A DNA stretch of 64,000 nt from Centroscyllium fabricii (taxonomy: Eukaryota). The notes beneath the pieces are model-generated. The model ran no database searches. It saw only the letters and a program-made list of their open reading frames with translations, and had not been told where the DNA came from. Shown here piece by piece: positions 10,226 through 22,296 of the stretch (position 1 is its first letter; the number at the start of each line of letters is the position of its first letter). The stretch spans positions 460,474,001 through 460,538,000 of the forward strand of contig JBNRSN020000001.1 of the NCBI GenBank assembly GCA_051313645.2, read 5' to 3'. The position numbers were made by a program, and so were the translations under genes.

Positions 10226-13200
10226 TGTGGTAAACCACTGTTTGTATATAGTTGCCTCTTGCCTGTATGTATACATGCCCGGGCATGCCTGAAGCTGACT
10301 CCGCCCCTAGCCTACCTGATATAGGCCCAAGGTCTGGGAGCCTGGCTCACTACAAGGAGTCGCCAGTTAGTCTAAGGATGTTCCAGCATTCTTAGTGAAT
10401 AAAAGCCTCAGTTATATTCTCAACCTCGCCTCGAGTATAATTGATCGCGCATCAATTTTATTCACTAAGAGTTTTGAGATGGACGCTCTCCTGAAGCTAT
10501 CCACCCTGGAACTCGACCCGAGCGCACCAGAGGCACCGAGCAGCTTCTCCCACTGGCTAACCTGCTTCGAGGGATTCCTGGCAACCTCCGCCAGCACTGT
10601 CCAGACGGACGCCCAGAAACTCTTGCTTCTGCAGTCACGGCCCCATCACCGGGTGTTTCAACTCATCAAGGGAACAACCTCCTACACATCGGCGATGGCC
10701 CTCCTCAAGGAGCAGTACGAGCGGCCGACTAACACGGTTTACGCCAGGCACCTCCTGCTGACTCACAAACAATGGCCCGGGGAGAGTTTCGCTGGCTTTA
10801 TGCGGGCCCTGACGGAGCTCAGCAGAGCCTGCAACTGCGAAACGGCCTCGGCAGATGAGCACAGGGAGCTGCTAGTTCGGGACGCCATCGTCACAGGCGT
10901 ACAATCGGACTACACCCGGAAGAGACTGCTGGAACTGGGGAAACTGTCCCTGAAGAAGGCCACAGACATCGGACTTGCACTCGAAGGGGCTGATCGGAGA
11001 ATGGAGTCGTACGCACACATGGCCGCCCCATGGACCTCGCGGGAGCCGCCAGCGTGGAACACGCCAGGCCCGACGCCTTACGCCATGCCACCTTCGCCTC
11101 ACCCTGTGAACGGCCCGACCACTGCGGCAGTGCCCCGGAGCCAGAAGTGCTATTTCTGTGGCCAAGTGAAGCACTCCAGATATCGCTGTCCGGCGAAGGA
11201 CGCTACGTGCACGCGTTGCCAGAAGAAGGGACACTACGCGAGCGTCTGTAAGTCGTCCCCCAGGCCCAGCAGCGTCGCGTGCGAACCGACCTCGCGGCCA
11301 TCTTGGACAGCCCCCACCATGTGCGACTCATGGGAACAGCCATCTTGGAAGCCTGCAGCCACAGACCGACCCGGCTCCCCGACTGACTGCGATGAGCCAC
11401 CAGCCCCGGTACTGGCTTCCGTTACCTTGGACCAGTCCAGGCCCAAACACCTCACGAAGTTGATGATGGACATTAAGGTAAACGGCTGCGCCATGAACTG
11501 CCTGTTTGACTCGGGGAGCACGGCAAGCTTTGTCCACCCCAATACGGTGCGCCGCCTCTCGCTCTCCACTCGGCCCATGCACCAGCGCATCTCCCTCGCT
11601 TCCAAATCCCAGACCGCGGATATCGGTGGTTACTGCGTGGTAACCCTGTCGGTGAGCAGCGCAGTGTACAAGGATTTCAAACTCCTGGTCCTACCCAACC
11701 TCTGCGCGGCCGACCTCCTGGGGTTAGACTTCCAAACCCACCTTAATAGCGTTACGATGGTGTACGGGGGGCCCCTCCCCCCCTCACTGTCTGCAGCCAG
11801 AAGCCCTCAAACCGCCCACCGCGCGCCGTCTGCAGCCTCTTGACCCTCAAGGTTGACCCTCCCCCACTGTTCGCTAACCTCACCCCAGACTGTAAACCCA
11901 TAGCCACTAAAAGCAGGAGATACAGTGCTGGGGACAGGGCCTTCATCAAGTCCGAGGTACAGCGGCTCCTGAAGGAGGGGGTGATTGAGGCTAGCACCAG
12001 CCCCTGGAGGGCACAAGTAGTTGTTGTTAAGACCGGTGAAAAGAACCGATTAGTTATCGACCACAGCCAGACCATCAACCACTTTACGCAGTTGGACGCG
12101 TACCCCCTCCCCCGCATATCTGACATGGTCAATCAGATTGCGCAGTACAAGGTGTTCTCCACCATTGACCTGAAGTCGGATTATCACCAACTCCCCATCC
12201 GCCCCGCGGACCACCGCTATACTGCCTTCGAGGCTAACGGCCGCCTCCACCACTTCCTCTCCAACTCCTTAACCTCACCTATAACAAAGAGAAATGCATG
12301 TTCCGCACAACACGCCTTGCTATTCTTGGCTGTGTAGTGGAAAACGGGGTCATCGGTCCCGACCTAGACCGCATGTACCCCTTCATGGAACTCCCCCTCC
12401 CCCATAGCCAAAAGGCCCTGCGAAGATGCCTGGGCTTCTTCTCCTACTACGCCCAGTGGGTCTCTAACTTTGCGGACAAGGCCCGCCCGCTCCTGAAGTC
12501 CACCTCCTTTCCCCTACCGACGGAGGCCCGTATGGCCTTCGACTGCATCAAACGGGACATCGCTAAGGCCACGATGCACGCAGTGGACGAAACTGCCCCA
12601 TTTCAGGTGGAGAGCGATGCGTCTGATTTTGCCCTGGCCGCCACCCTTAATCAGGCGGGCAGACCCATGGCCTTCTTCTCACGGACCCTCCAAGGCCTCG
12701 AGACTAGACACTCCTCTGTCAAGAAGGAGGCCCAGGCCATAGTGGAAGTTGTGCGCCACTGGAGGAATTACCTGGCCGGTTTACCCTGCTCACTGACCAG
12801 CGCTCAGTTGCTTTTATGTTCAGCAACAAGCAGCGGGGTAAAATCAAAAACGACAAGATATTGAGGTGGAGAATTGAACTCTCCACCTACAACTACGACA
12901 TCTTGTACCGGCCCGGGATGCTCAACGAGTCCCCAGACGCCTTCTCCTGGGAAACATGCGCCAGCGCGCAGGTGGATCGACTGCGGTCCCTCCACAATGA
13001 CCTCTGCCACCTGGGCGTCACCCGGTTCTTCCATTTTGTCAAGGTCCGCAACCTGCCCTACTCCATTGAGGAGGTCAGGACCATGACCAGGGACTGCCAG
13101 GTCTGCGCCGAGTGCAAACCGCATTTTAACAGGCCAGACAGGGCACAACTGATCAAGGCCACCCGTCCCTTCGAGCGCCTCAGCATCGATTTCAAGGGAC

Positions 13201-14354
13201 CCTCCCCTCCCCCGACCGCAACGTGTACTTCCTCACTATTATTGACGAGTACTCACGTTTCCCCTTCGCCATCCCCTGCCCTGACATGACCTCGGCCACA
13301 GTCACCAAGGCCCTGCACAATCTCTTCGCCCTGTTCGGGTTCCCCAGCTACATCCATAGCGACCGGGGTTCCTCATTTATGAGCGACGAGCTGCGACTGT
13401 ACCTGCTTGCTAGAGGAGTCTCCACGAGCAGGACTACCAGCTACAACCCCTGGGGAAATGGACAGGTGGAGAGGGAGAATGCTACAGTCTGGCAGGCCAC
13501 CCTGCTAGCCCTAAAGTCCAGGGGCCTTCCAGTCTTGTGCTGGCAAGACGTTCTCCCGGATGCACTCCATGCTATCCGATCCCTTCTCTGCACTGCCATA
13601 AATGCCACCACCCATGAAAAAATGTTTGTCTTCCCCAGGAAGTCCACATCGGGGACATCGTTCCCATCTTGGCTGACGACCCCAGGGGTCGTCTTGCTCC
13701 GGAAACACGTCAGGAGCCATAAGATGGACCCCCTCGTCGAAAGACTCCAACTCCTCCACGCGAACCCCCAACATGCCTACATTGTGTATCCGGACAGGTG
13801 GGAGGACACCGTCTCTATTCGGGACCTCGCCCCCTCGGGTGCCCCCGATGCTGCCGAGCCCCGCCACCCCCCTCTTTTGCAACCCACCACCCCCTGGGAG
13901 GCGCCTGCGTCCGATCTTTCTCCCCTAGCCCCTGTAGACTGCGCGCCGGATCCAAGGGCCCAGCCGCCGACCGCCGACTGCCCCCGTACAGACGAAGACG
14001 TGGAACCAGCACCGCAGCCGGAGCTGCGACAATCACAGAGGCGTACCAGTCCTCCTGAAAGACTCATGTACACTTGACCTTGTCTCACTTCACCCCGCTG
14101 GACTCATTTTTAAAGAAGGGGTGAATGTGGTAAACCACTGTTTGTATATAGTTGCCTCTTGCCTGTATGTATACATGCCTGGGCATGTCTGAAGCTGACT
14201 ACGCCCCCCGCCTACCTGATATCGGCCCAAGCTCTGGGAGCCTGGCTCACTACAAGGAGTCGCCAGTCAGTCTAAGGATGTTCCAGGGTTCTTAGTTAAT
14301 AAAAGCCTCAGTTGTATTTTCAACCTCGCCTCGAGTATAATTGATTGCACATCA
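10226..14354 (+). mobile_element. Full-length Ty3/Gypsy element C (Mag-like)
   Basis: 229-bp LTRs 10226-10454 and 14126-14354 (~15 differences), TSD CATAG (10221-10225/14355-14359), PPT aaagaaggggtgaa 14112-14125. Confidence 0.97.
10479..14077 (+). pseudogene. gag-pol of element C
   Basis: ATG at 10479, double CCHC, LFDSG protease. An internal deletion near 12260 removes the RT catalytic motif; RNase H and integrase are frameshifted. Confidence 0.9.
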
Positions 14355-15761
14355 CATAGTTACTTAAATAAACATTATATACTTAATTCTAAATTCCTTC
14401 AATTTATCCCCTGAGATAATTTGTCTCATGGTCTCGAAAGACACACAGAAAGTGAAATTATAGTGGGTCTGGAGACTCAATGCCCATGAATTTGCATTTA
14501 CTGCTAATAAATTATCAGGTACCAATATATTTTTCTTTTTATTTAAACTAATTTGGTAACCCCAAAGGAATTTTTAAACATGCATTTTCTAAGATTTCTT
14601 TAGCAAGAGGGCGAAACAGTTAGTCATCGGCTCTTTTCTCTCAGGATCAGGAAGCTTACTGCTCAGCGCACATCCCATTCCTTGCTTTTAATAATAATGA
14701 AAAAAAAACCAATGGTTTTGTTATGAATTATTCTGTTTTGAAAGCTTCGCTAGGCTGAATGGCCTTTTCTCCTTGACATATTCTTTTGTTCGTGTGGTGC
14801 CTCTGAGTGAGAACACTAATTTAGTCCCAATTAGTGCTGAATTTTGGACAGTTTTTTTCTCCTGTAGACAGGTTTGCCTCAAGGAGCTGAATCCAGAATT
14901 ATTTCATGTAGGACCTTTACAGGCGTCAGAGACAGCAGATTTTCATCTCACCAGTCTGAGCGGATATGAACTGAGGCTTAAGGACAATGCTTTGTGCCAC
15001 TCAGATCCTCCCAAGTGCATTGATATATGTATGTAAGCATAATAGTAATCCTTTTGAAACAGGGATATTGTGTTTTTAAATAATGAAGCTTTTTTTTTGT
15101 TGTTTTATTTATACTGCATAATAGCATGACAGGAGTGATAATGCATATTGCGGATGCTTCAAACTGACTCATTATATTGGAACACAGCTGAAATGTCACT
15201 GTGTGGCTCTATTTGACAGGTTTTGTAATGGTGCAGACTCTATAGGGTATATTTTCTGGTCCCAGTGCTTAATTGGTATCAGCAGAATGGTGAGAGCTTT
15301 TTGTTCTTCTTAATCAGGAAGAGGTGACCGTGCTGGACCTGCTGGGGTCCACCCTCATTTACTATGCATGATATGGTGGGAGACTCGGCGCTAGTAGTGC
15401 TGTTGAAGATCAGGAGAGATGGTTAGGCTATTCCTTGCTGTAGATGATCATTACCTGGCATGTTGTGGTAAACCACTGTTGTTGTTGTGTTGTTGGTAAA
15501 CCACTGTTGTTGTTGTATTGTGGTTCACTCTTGCCTGCTGTATGTAACCTGCCTGGGCATGCCTCTGCTAACTCCGCCTGTGGCTCCTCCCTCAGGCCCT
15601 GGTATAAAGGTGACTGCTTCCCAGACCCCGAGTTCAGGACCAGTCGACCAGTGAAGGCGTGCTCTCATTCTTTAGTAAATAAAAGCCGATTTGTTACTCG
15701 TATAACTTCTAGTCTTTTGGAGTTATTGATAGCGCATCAATTTTATTTACTAAATTTTATT

Positions 15762-18700
15762 ATGGAGCAAATACTGAAGCCAGAACGGCTGGAGCTGGAT
15801 CCTCAAACGGCGGATGCATCCAACAATTTCGAGCACTGGCTGTGCTGCTTCGAAGCATTGCTGCAGGCCTCCACCGCTACCATCAGGTCCGATGCCGCCA
15901 ATCTGCATGTACTCAACTCCCGGGTGAGCCACCAAGTATATTCGATGATCCGAGACGCAACATCCTATATGGACGCAATCAGTCTCCTTAAAGGGCAATA
16001 TACTAAAACAATCAACGAGGTCTATGCCAGACATCGCCTGGATACCTGCAAACAGCAACCCGGGGAATCGGGCGATGAATACCTACGGGCACTGAGAGTC
16101 CTCGGCCGGGCCAGCAAGTGCAAAGCGGTGACGGCCACAGAAAATACGGAGGTCTTAATCTGGGACGCCTATGTCACTGGCATCAGGTCCAGCTACACCC
16201 GGCAGAGACTGTTAGAACAGGGTGGGCTCGACCTGCAGAAGGCTGTGACCCTTGCTGACTCGCTGGACGTGGCTCACCAAAACATGGACGCCTACTCCCC
16301 TGACCACGCGGCCACATCGTGGATGTCGCGGGCGCCGTCATCTTGGGACTCGGGAGGGCCGCAAGCCTGCGCCACGCCACCAATGCCGAGACCCACTCGC
16401 GACCCGACTACAGCTGCGATGTCCAGAGGCCCGAAGTGCTACTTCTGCAGCCAGGCCAAGCACCCCAGACAACGCTGCCCGGCAAAGGATGCGATCTGCT
16501 CTGGTTGCTGTAAGAAGGGGCACTACGCTAAAGTGTGCCAGGCCAAACCGACCTCCAACTCCAGCAGCGCCATGTGTGGACCATGGGGGCCGCCACCTTG
16601 GATGCCGCCAGCCGCGTGTGAGCTGTGCGGGCCGCCATTTTGGGATCAGGCCCCCGACTCCCCCATCGCCTCAACTGAGTACGACAGCGAACCACCGAAC
16701 TCAACGCTGGCCTCCATCACCCTGAATCAATCCAGGCCTCACCAAATTGCCAGGTCCATGATGGACCTACGTGCTACGAACTGCCTGTTTGACTGCAGGA
16801 GCACGGAGAGCTTTATCCACCCCGACACGGTGTGGCGCTACTCCCTTTCAGTCCTGCCAGCACGCCACCGGATCTCTATGGCCTCCAAGTCCCATACAGC
16901 GGACGTCGGCGGCTACTGTGTAGTGACCCTGACTGTGAGGGGCACGGAGTACAAAGGCTTCAAGCTCCTTGTTCTACCACAGCTCTGCGCTGCCGTGCTA
17001 CTGGGGTAGATTTCCAATGCCACCTTAAGAGTGTCACAATGGCGTACGATGGGCCCCTCCCCCTCACTGTCTGCAGCCAGCAGTTTTTAAATCGCCCACC
17101 GCGCACCATCTGCAGCCTCTCGACTCTTAAAGTCACCCCTCCCCCGCTGTTCGCTAACCTCACCCCAGACTGTAAGCCCATCGTCACCAAGAGTAGGCGA
17201 TACAGTGCTGGGGACAGAATTTTTATCAAATCCAAGGTGCAGCGGCTCCTGAAGGAAGGGATTATTGAGGCTAGCACCAGCCCCTGGAGAGCCCAAGTGG
17301 TGGTCGTTAAGACCAGAGAGAAACACTGCTTGGTCATTGACTATAGCCAAACCATCAACCGGTATACGCAGCTGGACGCATACCCACTTCCCCGCATATC
17401 TGACATGGTCAATCAGATTGCACAGTACCGGGTATTCTCCACCATCGACTTAAAGTCTGCGTACCACCAACTCCCTATCCACCCTGAGGACCGCCAGTAC
17501 ACTGCCTTTGAGGTGAATGGCCGCCTCTACCATATCCTTAGGGTCCCCTTCGGCGTCACCAACAGGGTCTCGGTCTTCCAGCGGGAGATGGACCGAATGA
17601 TTGACCAGAACGGGCTGCGGGCCACATTCCCGCACCTGGATAATGTCACCATCTGCGGCAATGACCTGCAGGACCACGACGTCAACCTCCAGAAATTTCT
17701 CCGCACCGCCCAACTCCTAAACCTGACTTATAACAAGGAGAAATGCATGTTCCGCACGACCCGCCTCGCTATCCTTGGCTGTGTCGTGGAGAATGGGGTC
17801 ATTGGTCCCGACCACGACCACATGTGCCCCCTTCTGGAACTTCCCCTTCCCCACTGCTTCAAGGCCCTGAAGAGATGCCTGGGCTTCTTCTCGTATTACG
17901 CCCAGTGGGTCCCCAATTATGCGGACAAAGCCCGTCCACTCATCAAATCCACCTCTTTCCCCCTGACGGCAGAGGCCCGCCTAGCCTTCAACCGCATCAA
18001 GGAAGACATCGCTAAGGCCGCAATGCATGCTGTGGATGAATCCACCCCGTTCTAGGTGGAGAGCGATGCGTCCGACTTTGCCCTGGCCGCTACCCTTAAC
18101 CAAGCGGGCAGACCCGTAGCATTCTTCTCACGAACCCTCCAGGGTCCAAAATTGGACAATCCTCAGTTGAAAAGGAGGCCCAGGCCATTGTGGATGCTGT
18201 GTGGCACTGGAGGCATTACCTGGCCAGTAAACGATTCACCCTGCTCACTGACCAACGTTCAGTTGCTTTTATGTTTAATAACAAGCAGCGGGGTGTGGTA
18301 ACCGTTATATATGTACTCTTTACCACCTCAATATTGTTGCCAATATTGCATTGCATGTATAGCGGCCGGGTACATAATATACTGTAATACACGGCCTTGT
18401 ATTGCGACACTGTCGCGGGGTCAGGTCAGCCACACCTCTAACTCCTCCCCTCAGGTGAGTGCCTTATAGGTGGGGACTGACCTGCCCCCATTCATTCTGT
18501 ACCTGATGTTCGATCGGAGCATAGCTCCTTTGTAAGCTAATAAAAGCCTCTAGTTAAGGTAACTACTCGTCTTTGGTTTTATTAAGACTATTGACGATAC
18601 GTCACGGGGCAAAATCAAAAATGACAAGATATTGAGGTGGAGAATCGAACTTTCCAACTACAATTATGATATCTTGTACTGGCCCGGGAAGCTCAATGAG

Positions 18701-19873
18701 CCCCCAGATGCCCTATCCCGCGGAACATGTGCTAGCGTACAGGTGGGTTGACTGCAGTCCCTCCACAACGATCTCTGCCACCCGGGGATAACCAGGTTCT
18801 TCCACTTTGTCAAGGCCCGCAACCTGCCTTACTCCATCGAGGAGGTCAGGACCATGACCAGGAACTGCCAAGTCTATGCTGAGTGCAAACCACACTTTCA
18901 CAGGCCAGACACAGCACACCTGATAAAGGCCACCCGCCCTTTTGAGCGCCTGAGCGTCGATTTTAAAGGGCCCCTCCCCTCCTCTGACCGCAACGTGTAT
19001 TTCCTCAATATTATTGATGAGTACTCAAGCGTCCCTTTTGCCATCCCCTGCCCGGGCATGACCTCTGCCACGGTCATCAAGTTTCTGCACAATCTCATCG
19101 CCCTGTTCGGGTTTCCCAGCTATATCCATAGCGACCGGAGTTCCTCCTTCATGAGTGACGAGCTGCGTCAGTACCTGCTCGCAAGAGTTGTCGCCATGAG
19201 CCGGACCACCAGCTACAACCCCCGGGGTAATGGACAGGTAGAGAGGGAGAACGCAACAGTCTGGACGGCTGCCTTCTAGCCCTGAAGTCTAGAGGCCTTC
19301 CAATCTCTCGCTGGCAAGAGGTTCTCCCTGATGCACTCCACTCAATTGGATCACTACTCTGTACAGCCACCAATGCTACTCCTCACGAAAAAATGTTTGT
19401 CTTCCCTAGGAAGTCCACCTCAGGGACCTCGCTACCATCGTGGCTGATGTCCCCAGGGCCTGTCCTACTTCAGAAGCACGTGAGGAGCCATAAGTCGGAC
19501 CCCCTGGTCGAAAGGGTCCATCTCCTCCACGCCAACCCCCAATACGTCTACCTTGCGTACCCTGAGTACATGGTCTCCATTAGAGACCTCCCACCCTCAG
19601 GAGCCCGAGACCACCATTACCCACCATCGCTCACCATTACCACCCACCGCTACCTACGATGCACCGGTGTCGAGGCATTTTTTTCTAGCCCCTGTAGACG
19701 GCACGCCAGGGCCCTGGGATCCGTCGCTGAGTATCCACCAACTCGACGCAGATGATGACGACACACCGGTGCTCCAGACCCCTCAGGATTCAACATCGGA
19801 ACCTGCATCGCGGCCAGAACCACGGCGGTCGCAGCGGCAGACCAGACCCCCCGAAAGATTTCATTTAAAATAA
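15762..19873 (+). pseudogene. gag-pol of element D, interrupted by solo LTR E
   Basis: ORFs from ATG 15762 through 16832..18055 (RT), 18854..19279 and 19393..19755 (IN), with stops and frameshifts. Confidence 0.9.
18294..18604 (+). mobile_element. Solo LTR E (same family as the LTRs of F)
   Basis: TGTGGTAA...GATACGTCA flanked by TSD CGGGG (18289-18293/18605-18609); splits the RNase H sequence KQRG|KIKNDK. Confidence 0.95.
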
Positions 19874-20833
19874 ACTTTAATCCACTTCACCCTGCCGGAC
19901 TCATTTTAAAACGAGGGGTGAATGTGGTAAACCACTGTTGTTGTTGTGTTGTTGGTAAACCACGGTTGTTGTTGTATTGTGGTTCACTCTTGCCTGCTGT
20001 ATGTAACCTGTGACGTATCGTCAATAGTCTAATAAAACTAAAGACGCGTAGTTACCTTAACTAAAGGCTTTTATTAGCTTACAAAGGAGCTACGCTCCGA
20101 TCGAACATCAGGTACAGAATGAATGGGGGCAGGTCAGACCCCACCTATAAGGCACTCACCTGAGGGGAGGAGTTAGAGGTGTGGCTGACCTGACCCCGCG
20201 ACAGTGTCGCAATACAGAACAGTTGTATCATGCACCCGGCCGCTATACATACAGTGTAATATTGGTAACAATATTAAGGTGGTAATAAGAGTACATATAA
20301 CGGTTACCACATTCACCCCTTCTTTGAAAATTAAGTCCGGCGGGGTGAATGGACCGAGCAGTTCAGGATTAGTTTATCCGGCGGTCGCGTCTGTCTGGAG
20401 GACCGCCGGGTCTCTGTCAGCGGTTCTGGTGCCTGCAGTGTCGGCGCTGGTGTCGGTGGTGGCGGCGGCGCTGGTGCCGGTACTGTAGGTGCTGGTGGTG
20501 GCGGTGGGGCCGAGCCCTGCGGTTGCTGCTGTGCCTGCGGCTGGTCGTCTGCTTCCTGGTCCTCAGCTGGCAATGGCGGGGACTGTGATGCATATGGTAG
20601 TAGCGGCCAGCCTCCGGTGGGTTGAGGGCGAGGTATCGGCCAGTGGTCGAGATGTAGTGGCTGGAGGTGGCCGAAGTGTAGTGGCTGGACGTGCTGGGGC
20701 CCGACCAAGGGTTCTGCTGTGGTGCTCCAGGCGGGCGCTAGGTCCCTGATGGAGACGGTGTCCTCGCGCCCGTCCGGGAACTGCACGTACGCGTACTGCG
20801 GGTTGGCGTGCAGCAGCTGCACCTTGTCAACCA

Positions 20834-22296
20834 AGGTGCCACATAAGAGACTATTGCTTAAAATAAAAAATTACGGGATTGGGGGTAATATATTAGCATG
20901 GGTAGAGGATTGGCTTTCAAACAGGAAGCAGAGAGTTGTGATATATGGTTCATACTCGGGATGGCAATCGGTGACTAGTGGTGTTCCGCAGGGGTCGGTG
21001 CTGGGACCCCAGCTGTTTACAATCTATATAAATGATTTGGAGGAGGGGACCAAGTGTAATATATCAAAGTTTGCAGATGACACAAAAATGGGAGGAAAAG
21101 CAGGGAGTGAGGAGGACAGAAAAAGCCTGCAAAAGGATATAGATAAGCTAGGTGAGTGGGCAGCGATTTGGCAGATGAAATTTAATACTGGTAAATGTGA
21201 AGTTATACATTTTGGGGAAAAAAATCACAGAGCAAGTTATTTTCTAAATGGGGAGGAGCTGCGTGGTAATACAACGCAAAGGGACCTGGGGGTATTAGTG
21301 CATGAATCACAAAAAGTTAGTATGCAGGTGCAGCAAGTGATTAGGAAGGCCAATGGAGTCTTAGCCTTTATTGCTAGGGGGATAGAGTATAAAAGCAGGG
21401 AGGTTTTGCTGCAGCTGTACACAGTATTGGTGAGACCGCATTTGGAATACTGTGTGCAGTTTTGGTGTCTATACTTAAGAAAGGATGTACTTGCTCTGGA
21501 GGCAGTGCAGAGAAGGTTTACATGGTTAATTCCAGGGATGAGGGGGTTGACATATGAGGAAAGGTTAAGTAGGTTGGGGCTTTACTCATTAGAGTTCAGA
21601 AGAATGAGAGGCGATCTTATTGAAATGTATAAGATCGTGAGGGGCCTTGATCGGGTGGATGCGCTAAAGATGTTTCCAATGATCGGGGAGACCAGAACTA
21701 GGGGGCATAGTCTTAGAATAAGGGGGGGCTCTTTTAAAACTGAGATGAGGAGAAACTTCTTCACTCAGAGGGTGGTTAATCTATGGAATTCGCTGCCTCA
21801 GGGAGCTGTGGAAGCGGGAACATTAAATAAATTTAAAACGGAAATAGACTGTTTTTTAGCAGACAAGGGAATTAGGGGTTACGGGGAGCGGGCAGGGAAG
21901 TGGACCTGAGCTATTGTTAGTATAGTAAGACCTGAGTGATCTCCTGGACAAGTTTCGATCGCCTAGATTGGGGTCGGAGAGGAATTTCCCGGATTTTCTT
22001 CCCAAATTGGACCTGGGTTTTTATCCGGTTTTTCGCCTCTCCCAGGAGATCACATGGTTCTTTGGGTGGGATGAAGGGTGATAGTGGTATGAAGGTTAGG
22101 GTAGGATCAGCATTGATCTTGTTGGGTGGCGGGGCGAGCTCGGGGGGCCGATTGGCCTACTCCTGCTCCTATTTCTTGTGTTCTTATGTTCTTATTTTCT
22201 TATGTTCAGCCATGAACGCATTAAATGGCGGTGCAGGCTCGAAGGACCGAATGGTCTACTCCTGCACCTATTTTCTATGTTTCTATGTTTCTATGT
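20834..22296 (+). mobile_element. 5'-truncated CR1 LINE inserted in the integrase of F
   Basis: Open RT C-terminal frame to the stop at 21909 (GVPQGSVLGP, KFADD), (ttctatgt)n tail, flanking AACCA duplication (20829-20833/22297-22301). Confidence 0.95.

Noticed and set aside
14773-15036. Exon-like ORF with AG/GT boundaries on the plus strand
   Set aside because: Opposite strand to the host gene, no recognisable protein, and the reverse complement resembles a decayed tRNA-derived SINE.
10221-15463. TSDs of C and D both begin with CAT, suggesting target specificity
   Set aside because: E (CGGGG) and F (ACCTG) do not share it; too few sites.
15466-15520. Tandem duplication tggtaaaccactgttgttgttgt at the start of the D LTR
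   Set aside because: Present in both LTRs; a simple pre-insertion slippage duplication with no further signal.
20719-21909. 396-aa ORF that looks like a novel fusion protein
   Set aside because: The first ~38 codons are antisense integrase of F running by chance into the frame of the truncated CR1 RT.
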